Shown here piece after piece: positions 39,073 through 49,118 of a stretch of 64,000 bases of DNA. The position numbers and the translations under genes are program-made. Positions within the stretch are counted from its first letter, which is position 1, and every line of letters starts with the position of its first letter. The notes under the pieces were generated by a model. The model searched no databases and had not been told where the DNA came from. It worked only from the letters and a program-made list of their open reading frames with translations. The DNA is from Gemmatimonadota bacterium (lineage in GTDB: Bacteria; Gemmatimonadota; Gemmatimonadetes; Longimicrobiales; Gaopeijiaceae), in assembly GCA_034521595.1 (NCBI GenBank), contig JAXHMG010000003.1, positions 768,001 to 832,000 of the forward strand, in the 5' to 3' direction.

Positions 39073-40221
39073 TCAGGCCGAGGCTTTCTCGAGGGTCGAC
39101 TTGACTCGCTCGTTCCGGACTTCCCCGGCGTGGGTCACCGTCGCCGGTCCGATCACGTCGTTGTCGAAATCCAGCGCGACCGCCCCGTCTTCGCCCAGGA
39201 GCTCCTGGGCGAGCGTGACGATGTTTTTCGAGTACATCTGGCTCGCATGCACCGGGATCTCGGCCGGCAGGTTGTCCGGACCGATGATGACTACGCCTTG
39301 GTGCGTGACGCTTTCGCCCGTTCGCGTCAACACACAGTTGCCTCCCGACGGCGCGGCGAGGTCGACGATCACCGATCCGGGCCGCATCGAGGTCACCATC
39401 TCTTCCGTGACGAGCGTCGGGGCCTCGCGTCCGGGGATCTGCGCCGTGGAGACGACGATGTCCGCTTCGGTGATCGCTCCGGAGATCAAAGCGAGCTCTT
39501 TCTCGTGTTGCTCCTCCGAGAGCTCCTTCGCGTACCCTCCCTCGCCTTCGGCCGCCATGTCTTCGTCCGCTTCCAGGAAACGGGCGCCGAGGCTCTCGAC
39601 CTGTTCCTTGACGGCGGGTCGGACGTCGAAAGCGTCGACTACGGCTCCGAGTCTGCGAGCCGTGGCGATCGCCTGCAGACCGGCGACCCCGGCGCCCAGG
39701 ATCAACACTTTCCCGGGCCGGATCGTGCCGGCCGCGGTCGTGAACATCGGAAGGAGCTTCGGCAACCGGTCCGCGGCCATCAGGACCGCTTTGTAGCCTG
39801 CGACGGTCGCCTGCGAGGACAGCGCGTCCATCGACTGCGCTCTCGTTATGCGCGGCACCATCTCCATGGCGATCGCGGTCGTGCCACCGTCCGCGAGGCG
39901 GCGCACGAGGTCGGGGCGGGTGAGCGGGTTGAGGAACGAGATGAGGATCACGCCCTCCGGCAGGGCGGCGAGCTCGTCCGGGTCCGATGTGCTGGGAGGG
40001 TTGATCCTCAGCACGAGCTCCGCCCCTTCGAGGGTCTCCGCCGCGGAGCCGACGGTCGCGCCCGCGTCTCCGTATTCTCGGTCGGTGATCCCGGCTCCCT
40101 CTCCCGCCCCGGCCTCGATCCTGACCTCCCCTCCGGCTCGGATGAGCTCCTCCACACCCTTGGGCACGAGCGCTACTCTCCGCTCGCCCGGACGCGTCTC
40201 CTTCAGAACGGCGACCTTCAT
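39073..40221 (-). CDS. pntAA: NAD(P) transhydrogenase alpha subunit part 1 (dI)
   Basis: ERRVALVP, RITRAQSMDALSSQ, GAGVAGLQA, GGYAKE, DLAAPSGGNC. Confidence 0.95.
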   Translation of the reverse strand: MKVAVLKETRPGERRVALVPKGVEELIRAGGEVRIEAGAGEGAGITDREYGDAGATVGSAAETLEGAELVLRINPPSTSDPDELAALPEGVILISFLNPLTRPDLVRRLADGGTTAIAMEMVPRITRAQSMDALSSQATVAGYKAVLMAADRLPKLLPMFTTAAGTIRPGKVLILGAGVAGLQAIATARRLGAVVDAFDVRPAVKEQVESLGARFLEADEDMAAEGEGGYAKELSEEQHEKELALISGAITEADIVVSTAQIPGREAPTLVTEEMVTSMRPGSVIVDLAAPSGGNCVLTRTGESVTHQGVVIIGPDNLPAEIPVHASQMYSKNIVTLAQELLGEDGAVALDFDNDVIGPATVTHAGEVRNERVKSTLEKASA

Positions 40222-40409
40222 CCGCGGACTCCGTGTTGCTGGGGAGCTTTCGCCGGCGGGACCGGATGGATGTGACGACGAAGCCGCGATCCGTCCCGCC
40301 GGGCGGGGACCATCCTACGGGGCGGCGCTCCGAGGCACAAGTCGTGTTTCCGAGGAATAGTGCTCATTCCCGTATTCCTCCGCCCCGACCACGATCCGAT
40401 CCTCGGGGC

Positions 40410-41945
40410 ATGCTTGCACACGTCAACACGGGAACGGTGCACGGTGTGGAGCCGGTGGCGGTGCGCGTCGAGGTCAACCTCGCGTCCGGTCTGCCCTCCT
40501 TCACCGTGGTCGGGCTCCCGTATGGGGCTGTCCGGGAAAGCCGGGAGCGGGTGGCGACGGCCCTCCGCAATACGGGCTTCGAGCTCCCCAACCGGCGAAT
40601 CACGGTCAACCTGGCCCCCGGCAACGTCCGCAAGGAAGGAACGGGCTTCGACCTTCCCATCGCGTTGGGGCTCCTGGCGGCTAGCGGGACGGTGACGGCG
40701 AAGGCCGTGGAGGGCGTGTCCTGCCTCGGGGAGCTGGGCCTCGACGGCTCTTTGCGTCCGGTGCCGGGCGTGCTCCCCATCGCCGCAGACCTTCGTGCGA
40801 GGGGGCAGACCGAGCTTCTCCTGGTGCCCGAGGCCAACGCTGCGGAGGCCGGGCTCGTCGACGGGATCGAGGTCTTGGGGGCGCCAACGCTCGCGGCCGC
40901 CGTGAAGCACCTGCGTGGGACGAGCCCAATCCCACCCACCAAGGTCGATCCTGCGTCGCTGATCGGGGCAACGGAGGGGGACGGGCCGGACCTTGCCGAC
41001 GTCCGCGGCCAGGATGCGGCAAAACGTGCTCTGGAAATCGCGGCCGCCGGTTCGCATAACATCCTCTTCGTCGGACCGCCCGGCTCCGGTAAAACGATGC
41101 TGGCCGTGCGTCTAGCGGGGATCTTGCCTCCACTTTCGCTCGAGGAAGCGATGGAGTGCACGCGCATCCATTCAGTTGTCGGACTGGTGGCGCCCGAACG
41201 TCCGCTCGTGACCGAGGCCCCGTTTCGCGCGCCCCATCATTCGGTCAGTGAAGCGGGACTGGCCGGGGGAGGTCGGCCGATCCGTCCCGGTGAGATCTCG
41301 CTCGCGCATCACGGCGTGTTGTTCCTGGACGAGCTCCCGGAGTTCCGGCGGAGCGCCCTCGAGATCCTCCGACAGCCGTTGGAGGACGGACGCGTCAGGC
41401 TGTCGCGCGCGCACGGAGCGTTGAGCTTTCCGGCGAGATTCATCCTCGCGGCCGCGATGAATCCGTGTCCGTGCGGGTACCGGGGCGACGGCTCGGACCG
41501 ATGCCTCTGCGATGCCAGTACCGTGTCCCGGTACCAGACGCGGGTCAGCGGCCCGTTGATGGACCGGATCGACCTACATGTGCAGGTGCCGGCCGTCGCG
41601 GCACATGAGCTCGAGGGCCGGCCGGGTCGGGAGGCGAGCGCCGACGTTCGGCGTCGAGTCACGGCCGCCCGCGCTCTCCAGCGTCGCCGTTTCGTGGACG
41701 TGGACGGTGTGCACGCAAATGGGCAGATGGGGCCGGGCGAGCTGCGTCGGTGGTGCCCGATTGATCCGGATGTGGGACGCCTCATGTCCCGGGCGGTGGA
41801 ACGCATGGGATTGTCGGCTCGTGGATACCACCGGATCTTGCGCGTAGCCCGGACCATCGCGGATCTCTCCGGTGCGGAGCGCGTGGAGCCCTCCCACGCG
41901 GCCGAGGCCCTCCAGTATCGGAGTCTGGAGCGGCAGGCGTATTGA
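40410..41945 (+). CDS. comM: YifB/ComM Mg-chelatase-like AAA+ ATPase
   Basis: VGLP..AVRESRERV, NLAP..RKEG..FDLPIA, GPPGSGKT, PFRAPHH, LFLDELPEF, AMNPCPCG. Confidence 0.93.
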   Translation: MLAHVNTGTVHGVEPVAVRVEVNLASGLPSFTVVGLPYGAVRESRERVATALRNTGFELPNRRITVNLAPGNVRKEGTGFDLPIALGLLAASGTVTAKAVEGVSCLGELGLDGSLRPVPGVLPIAADLRARGQTELLLVPEANAAEAGLVDGIEVLGAPTLAAAVKHLRGTSPIPPTKVDPASLIGATEGDGPDLADVRGQDAAKRALEIAAAGSHNILFVGPPGSGKTMLAVRLAGILPPLSLEEAMECTRIHSVVGLVAPERPLVTEAPFRAPHHSVSEAGLAGGGRPIRPGEISLAHHGVLFLDELPEFRRSALEILRQPLEDGRVRLSRAHGALSFPARFILAAAMNPCPCGYRGDGSDRCLCDASTVSRYQTRVSGPLMDRIDLHVQVPAVAAHELEGRPGREASADVRRRVTAARALQRRRFVDVDGVHANGQMGPGELRRWCPIDPDVGRLMSRAVERMGLSARGYHRILRVARTIADLSGAERVEPSHAAEALQYRSLERQAY

Positions 41946-42037
41946 GGCGACGGAGGGGCTGTTAGCATGCGGAAGAGAACTTCCGGGCGCCCTGTCGGTA
42001 TCACGGGCGCAGTTGACGTGCCTCCATTCGAGAGATT

Positions 42038-42598
42038 ATGCGGCTGTTCATCGCGCTCAACCTGCCCAAGAAGGAGCGACTCCGGATCCATCGTGCCGCG
42101 AAGGTCCTTCGTGACACGGAGATGCCGGTTCGGTGGGTCGCTCCCGAGCACTACCACATCACGCTGAAATTCCTGGGCCAGGTCAGGAATGAGGATGTGT
42201 CCGGCGTCGAGGCGGCCATGGCCAAGGCCGCGGAGTCGAACCGGCCGTTCACGACGAAGCTCGGAGGCTTCGGGGCCTTTCCGACGATCCGCCGTCCCCG
42301 GGTGCTTTGGCTCGGTGTGGGGGCGAACCCCGAGCTCCGTTGCCTGAAGCAGGACCTCGAATGGGCGCTCGGGGACGTGGGATTCGAGCCGGAGACACGC
42401 TCGTTCCATCCGCACGTGACGCTCGGCCGAGCGGACGACCGTGGTGGGGCGGGTGCGTTCAGGGGCTTGGACGACCTCGCTGCGGAGATCACCTTCTCGA
42501 GCGAGATCAAAGTGCACACTCTCGACCTCATGAGCAGCCGTGCCATCCGGGGGAGTGTGCAGTACGAGGTCGTTTCCAGCGCCAAGTTGACCGGGTGA
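42038..42598 (+). CDS. thpR: RNA 2',3'-cyclic phosphodiesterase (2H family)
   Basis: MRLFIAL and two HxT motifs (HITLKF, HPHVTLGR). Confidence 0.92.
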   Translation: MRLFIALNLPKKERLRIHRAAKVLRDTEMPVRWVAPEHYHITLKFLGQVRNEDVSGVEAAMAKAAESNRPFTTKLGGFGAFPTIRRPRVLWLGVGANPELRCLKQDLEWALGDVGFEPETRSFHPHVTLGRADDRGGAGAFRGLDDLAAEITFSSEIKVHTLDLMSSRAIRGSVQYEVVSSAKLTG

Positions 42599-42654
42599 GG
42601 AGGGAAGCCCCGTTATCCGACACCCCCCGCAGCGGGCGAGCGACGAGGAAGAGC

Positions 42655-44016
42655 ATGGCGAGATTGTTGGTCGTGGACGACGAGAAGGGGGTGCGTGAGG
42701 CCCTCGGACAGGTGTTCGAGTACGAGGGGCACGAGGTCCGGTTGGCCACGGACGCGGCGGAAGCGATTGAAGGGGTCACTGCCTTTCGACCGGACGTCAC
42801 CTTCCTGGACGTGAAGATGCCGGGCATGGATGGGCTCGAGGCGCTCGCCCGGATTCGGGAGGAGCATCCGCGCGCCATCGTCGTGATGATCTCGGGCCAC
42901 GGCACGATCGATACGGCTGTCGAGGCGACGCGTAGAGGTGCCTACGACTTCTTGGAGAAGCCGCTCGACACCGACCGCCTGCTGGTGACGCTCCGGCGCG
43001 CTTTGGAGCTCAAGGGCCTCGCGGAGAGCGTTGCCGATCTGAGAGACCAGGTCGAGAGTCGATATCGGATCGTTGGGAGCTCGAAGGCGATCGAAGAGGT
43101 TCTCGAGCGCGTCGAGCGCGTGGCTCCGACCGACGCACGCGTCCTTATCACCGGGAAGAACGGCACGGGAAAGGAGCTGGTGGCCCGGGCCGTCCATCGG
43201 CTCTCGAGTCGGGTCCATCGACCGTTCGTGGAAGTGAATTGCGCCGCGATCCCCTCGGAGCTCATCGAATCGGCGTTGTTCGGGCACGTGAAAGGCTCGT
43301 TCACGGGGGCGGTGGCCGACCAGGCCGGCAAGTTCGAGCAGGCGCACGGAGGAACTCTCTTTCTCGACGAAGTGGGCGACATGTCGCTCGCTGCGCAGGC
43401 CAAAGTGTTGCGGGCCCTCGAAGAGGGCGTGGTGACCAGGGTCGGGGGGTCCAAGCCGATCGAAGTCGACGTGCGGGTGATCGCCGCGACCAACAAGGAC
43501 CTCGCGACGGAGATCGAAGAGGGAGGGTTTCGCGAGGACCTGTTCTATCGGCTGAACGTGGTCCCGATCCACGTTCCGCCGCTCCGTGAGCGTCGGGAGG
43601 ACATTCCCATGCTCGTGCAACATTTCACGGAACTCATGGCGAGCCGGGACGGGATGACGCCCCGCGCCTTCACGAGCGATGCGGTCGAGCGTCTCCAGGA
43701 CCTCGATTGGCCCGGAAACGTGCGCGAGCTCCGCAACGCGGTCGAGCGGTTGCTGATCCTGGCACCCGGGGAGGTCGTGGAGGTCCACGACGTCGACCTG
43801 CTGGCTTCGGGCGGTGACCGGCCCGAAGCGTGGGGCGCCGGCCTGCTCGGCGTGGAAACCTTCCAGGATTTCAAGGATCTGGCTGAGCGCGCGTTCATCC
43901 TGCAGAAGCTGCGGGAGCATGATTGGAACGTGGCCGAGACGGCCCGGCGCATCGACATGCCTCGCTCGAACCTCTACAAGAAGATCGAGAAATTCGACCT
44001 GGTTCGCGAGGACTAG
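42655..44016 (+). CDS. NtrC/NtrX-family response regulator (REC-AAA+-HTH)
   Basis: LVVDDE, LDVKMP, GKNGTGKE, FGHVKGSFTGA, FLDEVG, FREDLFYRLNV, WPGNVRELRN, Fis-type HTH. Confidence 0.93.
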   Translation: MARLLVVDDEKGVREALGQVFEYEGHEVRLATDAAEAIEGVTAFRPDVTFLDVKMPGMDGLEALARIREEHPRAIVVMISGHGTIDTAVEATRRGAYDFLEKPLDTDRLLVTLRRALELKGLAESVADLRDQVESRYRIVGSSKAIEEVLERVERVAPTDARVLITGKNGTGKELVARAVHRLSSRVHRPFVEVNCAAIPSELIESALFGHVKGSFTGAVADQAGKFEQAHGGTLFLDEVGDMSLAAQAKVLRALEEGVVTRVGGSKPIEVDVRVIAATNKDLATEIEEGGFREDLFYRLNVVPIHVPPLRERREDIPMLVQHFTELMASRDGMTPRAFTSDAVERLQDLDWPGNVRELRNAVERLLILAPGEVVEVHDVDLLASGGDRPEAWGAGLLGVETFQDFKDLAERAFILQKLREHDWNVAETARRIDMPRSNLYKKIEKFDLVRED

Positions 44017-44071
44017 CGACCGGGCGCCCCCGGTGGGCATGCCGGGAAGCGGCTCGGATGGGAGAGGCCAC

Positions 44072-44782
44072 TCAGGGCGCCAACCGGCTTCCGTCCGGTA
44101 GCTGATAGAGCGCTTCCATGGAGCGATAGTCCCGGGCGGTCAGAGAGGAAGCGGTGTTCCTCGGGTACATGACGTCCCGCTCCGAGTCGCTGTGCGGGAG
44201 GCCCAGGGCGTGACCCATCTCGTGGGCCGCCGTGAGCCTCACGCGTGAAGGATCAATGGGTTCTCCGGGGCTGTGAGGGTTCCGGGTAGCGAGATCGATC
44301 GAGCGCACCGAGAGGCCCTCCCTCTCCGACCAGCGGGTCCGCGCCACGCCGACGGCCGTCCCGTCTAGAACTCGCACCCAGGTTACCTTGAAATGCGCCG
44401 GCTCGTGGGCGCGACGTTCGACGCGCACCGGAAAGGGGTGGCCGTTCCAGGCCCGGATGCCGGCGGCCGCGGCCGCTTGAAGACGAGTCGCGATCCCGGC
44501 GTCTTCGAAGCCTGGCCTGGGCACGTGGACGATCAACGTGCCCACGTCGCGGATCCAGCGGCGGACCATGAAGGCCCGCTCGTCGCCGGGGGCGGGGCAC
44601 AAGTATGCTCCGGAAGGACAGGGGAGGTGAGGAGGCGCGACGTCCGACGTGTCGGTGGGCGCTGGCACGGGAGGGTGCGCTTCGGTTGGCGCGCTTTCCC
44701 GGCGCTCTCGAGCCGACATGGAAACCGCGAGCGCTCCGCCGAGGAGCAGGATGCCGAGCAATGTCTGGGTAGACCGGTTCAT
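44072..44782 (-). CDS. Matrixin (M10-like) metalloprotease, exported or membrane-anchored
   Basis: HEMGHALGLPHS zinc motif, Met-turn DVMYP, N-terminal hydrophobic segment. Confidence 0.82.
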   Translation of the reverse strand: MNRSTQTLLGILLLGGALAVSMSARERRESAPTEAHPPVPAPTDTSDVAPPHLPCPSGAYLCPAPGDERAFMVRRWIRDVGTLIVHVPRPGFEDAGIATRLQAAAAAGIRAWNGHPFPVRVERRAHEPAHFKVTWVRVLDGTAVGVARTRWSEREGLSVRSIDLATRNPHSPGEPIDPSRVRLTAAHEMGHALGLPHSDSERDVMYPRNTASSLTARDYRSMEALYQLPDGSRLAP

Positions 44783-44983
44783 GCGGCGGAACGGAGGTAG
44801 TGGCTGGCATCACCGAAACGCGTCCACGTTATATTGGGTTGCGGCGAGGCGACAGCGGACCGCCGAGGTGCCGGAACGCCCGCTTCGAGTCGTGGGTATG
44901 CATGCCGTCGACCGTGGGGTAACCCGAGGGCGCGAAAGCCGGACGGTCCAGAGGGCGAGAACATCGGTCCAGCGTGAGGGGCG

Positions 44984-45739
44984 ATGCCGGATTCCGACAG
45001 AGGGACTAGAGGGGCTGAGGCGACCGGAAGCGCGCGTGTGAGCGGCGGACGCCTCGCAGCGGTCCGTCGCGGCATCGGCGATTGGCTCCGCTCCGTGTTC
45101 ATCGCCTTGCTCCTCTTCCTCGTGGTGCGGGCCTGGGGCGTCGAGGCATTCAAGATCCCCACGGCGTCCATGGAAGAAACCCTTCTGGTCGGTGATTTCC
45201 TTCTCGTCAACAAAGCCGTCTACGGCACTACCTTGCCGGGGCTCGATCTGCGCATCCCGGGCTTCGCCGAGCCGGACCGGGGAGACGTGGTGGTTTTTCA
45301 CCCCCCGCACGAGCCCGACAAGAATTACGTGAAGCGTATCGTGGGAGTCCCGGGAGATACGCTGCGGATGGTGGACAAACGCCTTTTCCGTAATGGTCGT
45401 CGGGTCGACGAGCCGCACGCGCGGTACGTGGATGGTCGGGGAGACGCGACCCATCCGGACATGCGGTGGCAATCGCACCACCTCATCGCCAGCACCCGTC
45501 GGCGCTACGAGCCCACCCGCGACAACTGGGGCCCGATCGTGGTCCCGCCGGAGCGATACTTCGTCCTCGGAGACAACCGGGACAACAGTGAAGACTCTCG
45601 CTATTGGGGCTTCGTAGCCCGGGATCGCATTCGAGGCAAGCCCTGGCGCGTTTATTATTCTTTCGAGGCCACCTCCGAATCCGGACTCTCCTGGCTCCAG
45701 AGTGTTCGTTGGGACCGGTTGGGAGCCGCGATCCACTGA
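44984..45739 (+). CDS. lepB: Signal peptidase I (alternative start GTG 45038)
   Basis: IPTASMEETL (Ser), RGDVVVF, YVKRIVG (Lys), GDNRDNSEDSRYWG. Confidence 0.94.
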   Translation: MPDSDRGTRGAEATGSARVSGGRLAAVRRGIGDWLRSVFIALLLFLVVRAWGVEAFKIPTASMEETLLVGDFLLVNKAVYGTTLPGLDLRIPGFAEPDRGDVVVFHPPHEPDKNYVKRIVGVPGDTLRMVDKRLFRNGRRVDEPHARYVDGRGDATHPDMRWQSHHLIASTRRRYEPTRDNWGPIVVPPERYFVLGDNRDNSEDSRYWGFVARDRIRGKPWRVYYSFEATSESGLSWLQSVRWDRLGAAIH

Positions 45740-45892
45740 GGACCTTCGCCCGTGCATCTTCGAGCTTTCCGCAGGGAGGTCGATCGTGAGCCGCGAGGGA
45801 CCACAGTGCCTTTGTCTCCACTCTCCCGGCCCCAGGGTGTGTGCGGTCGCCTTCCGCGCGGGCCCCTTTCGGCTCGACGGGACGGATAGCCG

Positions 45893-46744
45893 ATGACGTT
45901 CGCCCCCCGCAAGGGAACGACGAGCGACGGGGTGCTGGATCAGTACCTCAAGGAGATCAGCCAGTACCCTCTGATCGACCGTGCCGAGGAAGCGCGCCTG
46001 GCCAAGCTCATCCGTGCGGGCGATGCGGAAGCTCTGGACAAGCTCGTGCGCTCCAACCTCCGGTTCGTGGTGTCGGTCGCCAAGAAGTATCAGAACCAGG
46101 GCGTGCCACTCGCCGACCTCATCAACGAGGGTAATACGGGGCTCATCCGGGCGGCGCACAAGTTCGACGAGACCAAGGGCATCAAGTTCATCAGCTACGC
46201 CGTATGGTGGATTCGTCAGGCCATCCTCCAGGCGCTCGCGGAGCAGAGCCGCATCGTTCGTGTTCCCCTCAACCGGGCCGGCGCCCTTCACCGCATCGGC
46301 CGGCAGTCGTCGTCGCTGCTCCAGGAGTTGGGGCGGGAGCCGACGCCCCAGGAGATCGCCGAAGGACTCGACATCTCCAAGGAGGAGGTGGAACGGACCC
46401 TGGCCATCTCGAACGCGCACCTCTCGCTCGACGCACCGCTCGCGCCCGGGGAGGATAGCCGCCTCCTCGACTACCTACCCGACCAATACGGTCCCGCGCC
46501 GGAGGACGAGGTTTTCGAGCACGCGCTCAAGCGGACCGTGGACGAGGCACTCCACTCCCTCAAGGAACGGGAGTCGAAGATCATCCGACTTTACTTCGGC
46601 CTCGACGATCAGGACCCGATGACATTGGAGGAGATCGGGGATCTGATGGGCATCACGCGCGAGCGGGTGCGGCAGATCAAGGAGAAGGCTTTGACACGTC
46701 TCAGGCACAAGTCGAGAGCCCGGTTCCTGGAGACATTTCGCTGA
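45893..46744 (+). CDS. RpoD/RpoS-like sigma-70 factor lacking region 1.1
   Basis: YLKEI, NLRFVVSVAKKY, DLINEGN, KFISYAVWWIRQ, TLEEIG..MGITRERVRQI; 283 aa. Confidence 0.92.
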   Translation: MTFAPRKGTTSDGVLDQYLKEISQYPLIDRAEEARLAKLIRAGDAEALDKLVRSNLRFVVSVAKKYQNQGVPLADLINEGNTGLIRAAHKFDETKGIKFISYAVWWIRQAILQALAEQSRIVRVPLNRAGALHRIGRQSSSLLQELGREPTPQEIAEGLDISKEEVERTLAISNAHLSLDAPLAPGEDSRLLDYLPDQYGPAPEDEVFEHALKRTVDEALHSLKERESKIIRLYFGLDDQDPMTLEEIGDLMGITRERVRQIKEKALTRLRHKSRARFLETFR

Positions 46745-46792
46745 ACTCGAGAACGGTCCGAGAACGCGGGTGCGAAGAGGGGCCGTGTTCGG

Positions 46793-46821
46793 TTGACACC
46801 CCTATGGGTCAGGACTATCCT
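46793..46821 (+). promoter_or_regulatory. Sigma-70 promoter of the rplM-rpsI-rpsB operon
   Basis: TTGACA (46793-98), 17-nt spacer, TATCCT (46816-21). Confidence 0.72.
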
Positions 46822-46866
46822 TGATTGCTCCATTTTGGAACCGCCAATCTCTGCGAAATCGCGGGC

Positions 46867-47295
46867 ATGAGAACCTATACACCGAAAGCCGACGATATCG
46901 AGCGCCACTGGTGGCTCGTGGACGCGGCAGACAAGCCCCTGGGGCGCCTCGCGACCGAGATCGCTCGCGTGCTTCGCGGCAAACACAAGCCGATGTACAC
47001 GCCTCACCTCGACACGGGGGACCACGTGGTGGTCGTCAATGCCGAGCGGGTGCACCTAACCGGAAGCAAGGCCGACCAGAAGGCGTACTTTCGTCACTCC
47101 GGCTATATGGGTGGTGAGAAGCTCATCCCGTTCAGGCGGATGATCGCTACGCACCCCGAGCGCGTCATCGAGCTCGCGGTCAAGGGCATGCTCCCCAAGA
47201 ACGCGTTGGGGCGGGACATGCGGCGGAAGCTCAAAGTATACGCGGGTGCGGATCATCCGCATCAGGGCCAGCAGCCCGAGCCCCTGGACCTCTGA
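46867..47295 (+). CDS. rplM: 50S ribosomal protein uL13
   Basis: [38 protein letters not shown]. Confidence 0.97.
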   Translation: MRTYTPKADDIERHWWLVDAADKPLGRLATEIARVLRGKHKPMYTPHLDTGDHVVVVNAERVHLTGSKADQKAYFRHSGYMGGEKLIPFRRMIATHPERVIELAVKGMLPKNALGRDMRRKLKVYAGADHPHQGQQPEPLDL

Positions 47296-47312
47296 AGACG
47301 GAACGAACGTAG

Positions 47313-47714
47313 ATGCCGACACAGCAGGAAGAGCTGATTCAAGCGGTCGGGCGCCGGAAAAACTCGATCGCGCGCGTGGTGCTTCGTCCGGGCAGCGGCG
47401 AGTGGATTGTCAACGGCCGCCCGCTCGCCGACTACTTCCCCCGTCCCACGCATCAGATCCGTATCCAGGAGCCGCTGAAGATCGCCGAGTTGGAGGGGCG
47501 GTTCGACATCCTCGTCCGGGTGCGTGGAGGAGGTCTGAGCGGGCAGTGCGATGCGGCGCGCATGGGCCTGTCGCGGGCGATTCTCACGCACGACGAGGAA
47601 ACCCGTCCGGCACTACGGGACAAGGGACTGCTCACGCGTGATCCCAGAGAGGTCGAGCGGAAGAAGCCCGGCCGCCCGAAGGCCCGTAAGCGGTTCCAGT
47701 TCTCCAAGCGTTGA
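47313..47714 (+). CDS. rpsI: 30S ribosomal protein uS9
   Basis: [37 protein letters not shown]. Confidence 0.97.
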   Translation: MPTQQEELIQAVGRRKNSIARVVLRPGSGEWIVNGRPLADYFPRPTHQIRIQEPLKIAELEGRFDILVRVRGGGLSGQCDAARMGLSRAILTHDEETRPALRDKGLLTRDPREVERKKPGRPKARKRFQFSKR

Positions 47715-47787
47715 TTCCAACGGCGCGGTTCGCCGCGTCGAAATCCTGACCGGGGCGTACATCGGCCCCAAGAAAAGAGCGAGCCAC

Positions 47788-48948
47788 ATGTCGGAAGTAG
47801 GCGAAGTAGGCGAAGTAGGCGAAGTAGGCGAAGTAGGCCTAGACCAGCTTCTGGAAGCCGGGGTTCATTTCGGCCACCAGACCCGGCGTTGGAACCCGAA
47901 GATGAAGCCGTACATCTTCGCCCAGCGTAACGGCATACACATCATCGACCTTCGTAAGACGCTCGACCGCCTCCAGGTGGCCCAACAAGCGGTTCGGGAG
48001 GTCGCCCTCAAGGGTGAGCGCGTCCTGTTCGTGTGCACGAAGAAGCAACTGCGTGGCGTGGTGGAGCAGGAGGCGCAGCGTAGTGGGTCGTTCTACGTCA
48101 CCGAGCGGTGGCTCGGCGGGATGCTCACGAACTTCGAGACCATCCGAAAGCAGATCCGCCGGTTGAAGGAGTTGGAGCGAGGTCAGGAAGAAGGCGCATT
48201 CGAGTTCTATACGAAGAAGGAGCGCCTGCTGCTCGACCGTGAGCGGTCGAAGCTCGACAAGTACCTGGCGGGCGTCAAAGACATGGGGCGGCTTCCGAGC
48301 GCGGTCTTCATCGTCGACGCGCGCCGGGAGGCGATCGCGGTGAAGGAAGCGTCTCGGCTCGGCATTCCGATCATCGCCATCACCGACACCAACGCCGATC
48401 CGGACCTCATCGACTACCCGATTCCGGGCAACGATGACGCCATCCGCTCCGTGAGCCTCATCGCGAAGGCGGTCGCGGATGCCGTGCAGGAGGCCCGCCA
48501 GGAGGTCCCCGACGACGATCGCCGCCGCACGGATGACCTCGAAGCGACCACCTACTCCACGGAGACGGGGGAGACCACCGAGCAGGAGCGGCCTCAGCGT
48601 CGCCGGCCGAAGCGGAAGCGGCGGCCGAAGCCCGAGGTGATCGCGCAGAAGCTGAAGGACGAAGACGGAAACGAGATCGCGGTGGAAGGGGGCGACGAGG
48701 ACTCGGTCGAGGAGACGGAAGGCGCGGCCGAGGCCGGAGACGAGTCCGGTACGGCTGCAGAGGCCGCGACAGCCACGGAATCCACCCCCGGAGAATCCGA
48801 CGCACCTCGGGCGGAAGAAGCGTCGTCCACCGACACAGCGGGTGGTTCGGGCTCCGCCGCCTCGGACGAAGAGGCCGCGAAGAAGGCCCGCCCGGCTTCC
48901 GATGGGGAAGCGGAGAACGAAGACGAAGCAGGAGCCTCGAAGGGGTGA
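47788..48948 (+). CDS. rpsB: 30S ribosomal protein uS2 with N-terminal EVG repeat and long acidic C-terminal tail
   Basis: [44 protein letters not shown]. Confidence 0.96.
   Translation: MSEVGEVGEVGEVGEVGLDQLLEAGVHFGHQTRRWNPKMKPYIFAQRNGIHIIDLRKTLDRLQVAQQAVREVALKGERVLFVCTKKQLRGVVEQEAQRSGSFYVTERWLGGMLTNFETIRKQIRRLKELERGQEEGAFEFYTKKERLLLDRERSKLDKYLAGVKDMGRLPSAVFIVDARREAIAVKEASRLGIPIIAITDTNADPDLIDYPIPGNDDAIRSVSLIAKAVADAVQEARQEVPDDDRRRTDDLEATTYSTETGETTEQERPQRRRPKRKRRPKPEVIAQKLKDEDGNEIAVEGGDEDSVEETEGAAEAGDESGTAAEAATATESTPGESDAPRAEEASSTDTAGGSGSAASDEEAAKKARPASDGEAENEDEAGASKG
47794..47838 (+). repeat. Perfect tandem repeat (GAAGTAGGC)x5 encoding EVG x5
   Basis: Five exact 9-nt copies immediately after ATG TCG of rpsB. 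Confidence 0.95.
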
Positions 48949-49011
48949 GGCCGATGCCCGGATGCCGAGGGCTTCCGGGTGCCGTATGCAGTCCCACGAC
49001 GCGGGACGCTG

Positions 49012-49058
49012 AGAGGCGGCAGAGACCCCGGATCTTCCGGTCTCCGCCGCCTCTTTTT
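49012..49058 (+). terminator. Intrinsic terminator/attenuator between rpsB and tsf
   Basis: AGAGGCGGC-AGAGACC...GGTCTC-CGCCGCCTCT stem followed by TTTT. Confidence 0.7.
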
Positions 49059-49118
49059 ACGATCTCCGGCCAGAGGCCGGCTGGATCCACTCACGAGTGA
49101 AGCACGCGAGCGAGCGAG

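Noticed and set aside
37329-40221. Three-gene transhydrogenase as a novelty
   Set aside because: Split PntA (alpha1, alpha2) plus beta is a known organisation.
38479-40275. 598-aa plus-strand ORF, and similar long overlapping ORFs such as 42613-44040, 44810-46420 and 48594-49955
   Set aside because: They lie opposite well-supported genes and give Arg/Gly/Pro-rich translations with no family signature.
47794-47838. Tandem repeat as a possible CRISPR array
   Set aside because: 9-nt units with no spacers, in frame within rpsB, and no cas genes.
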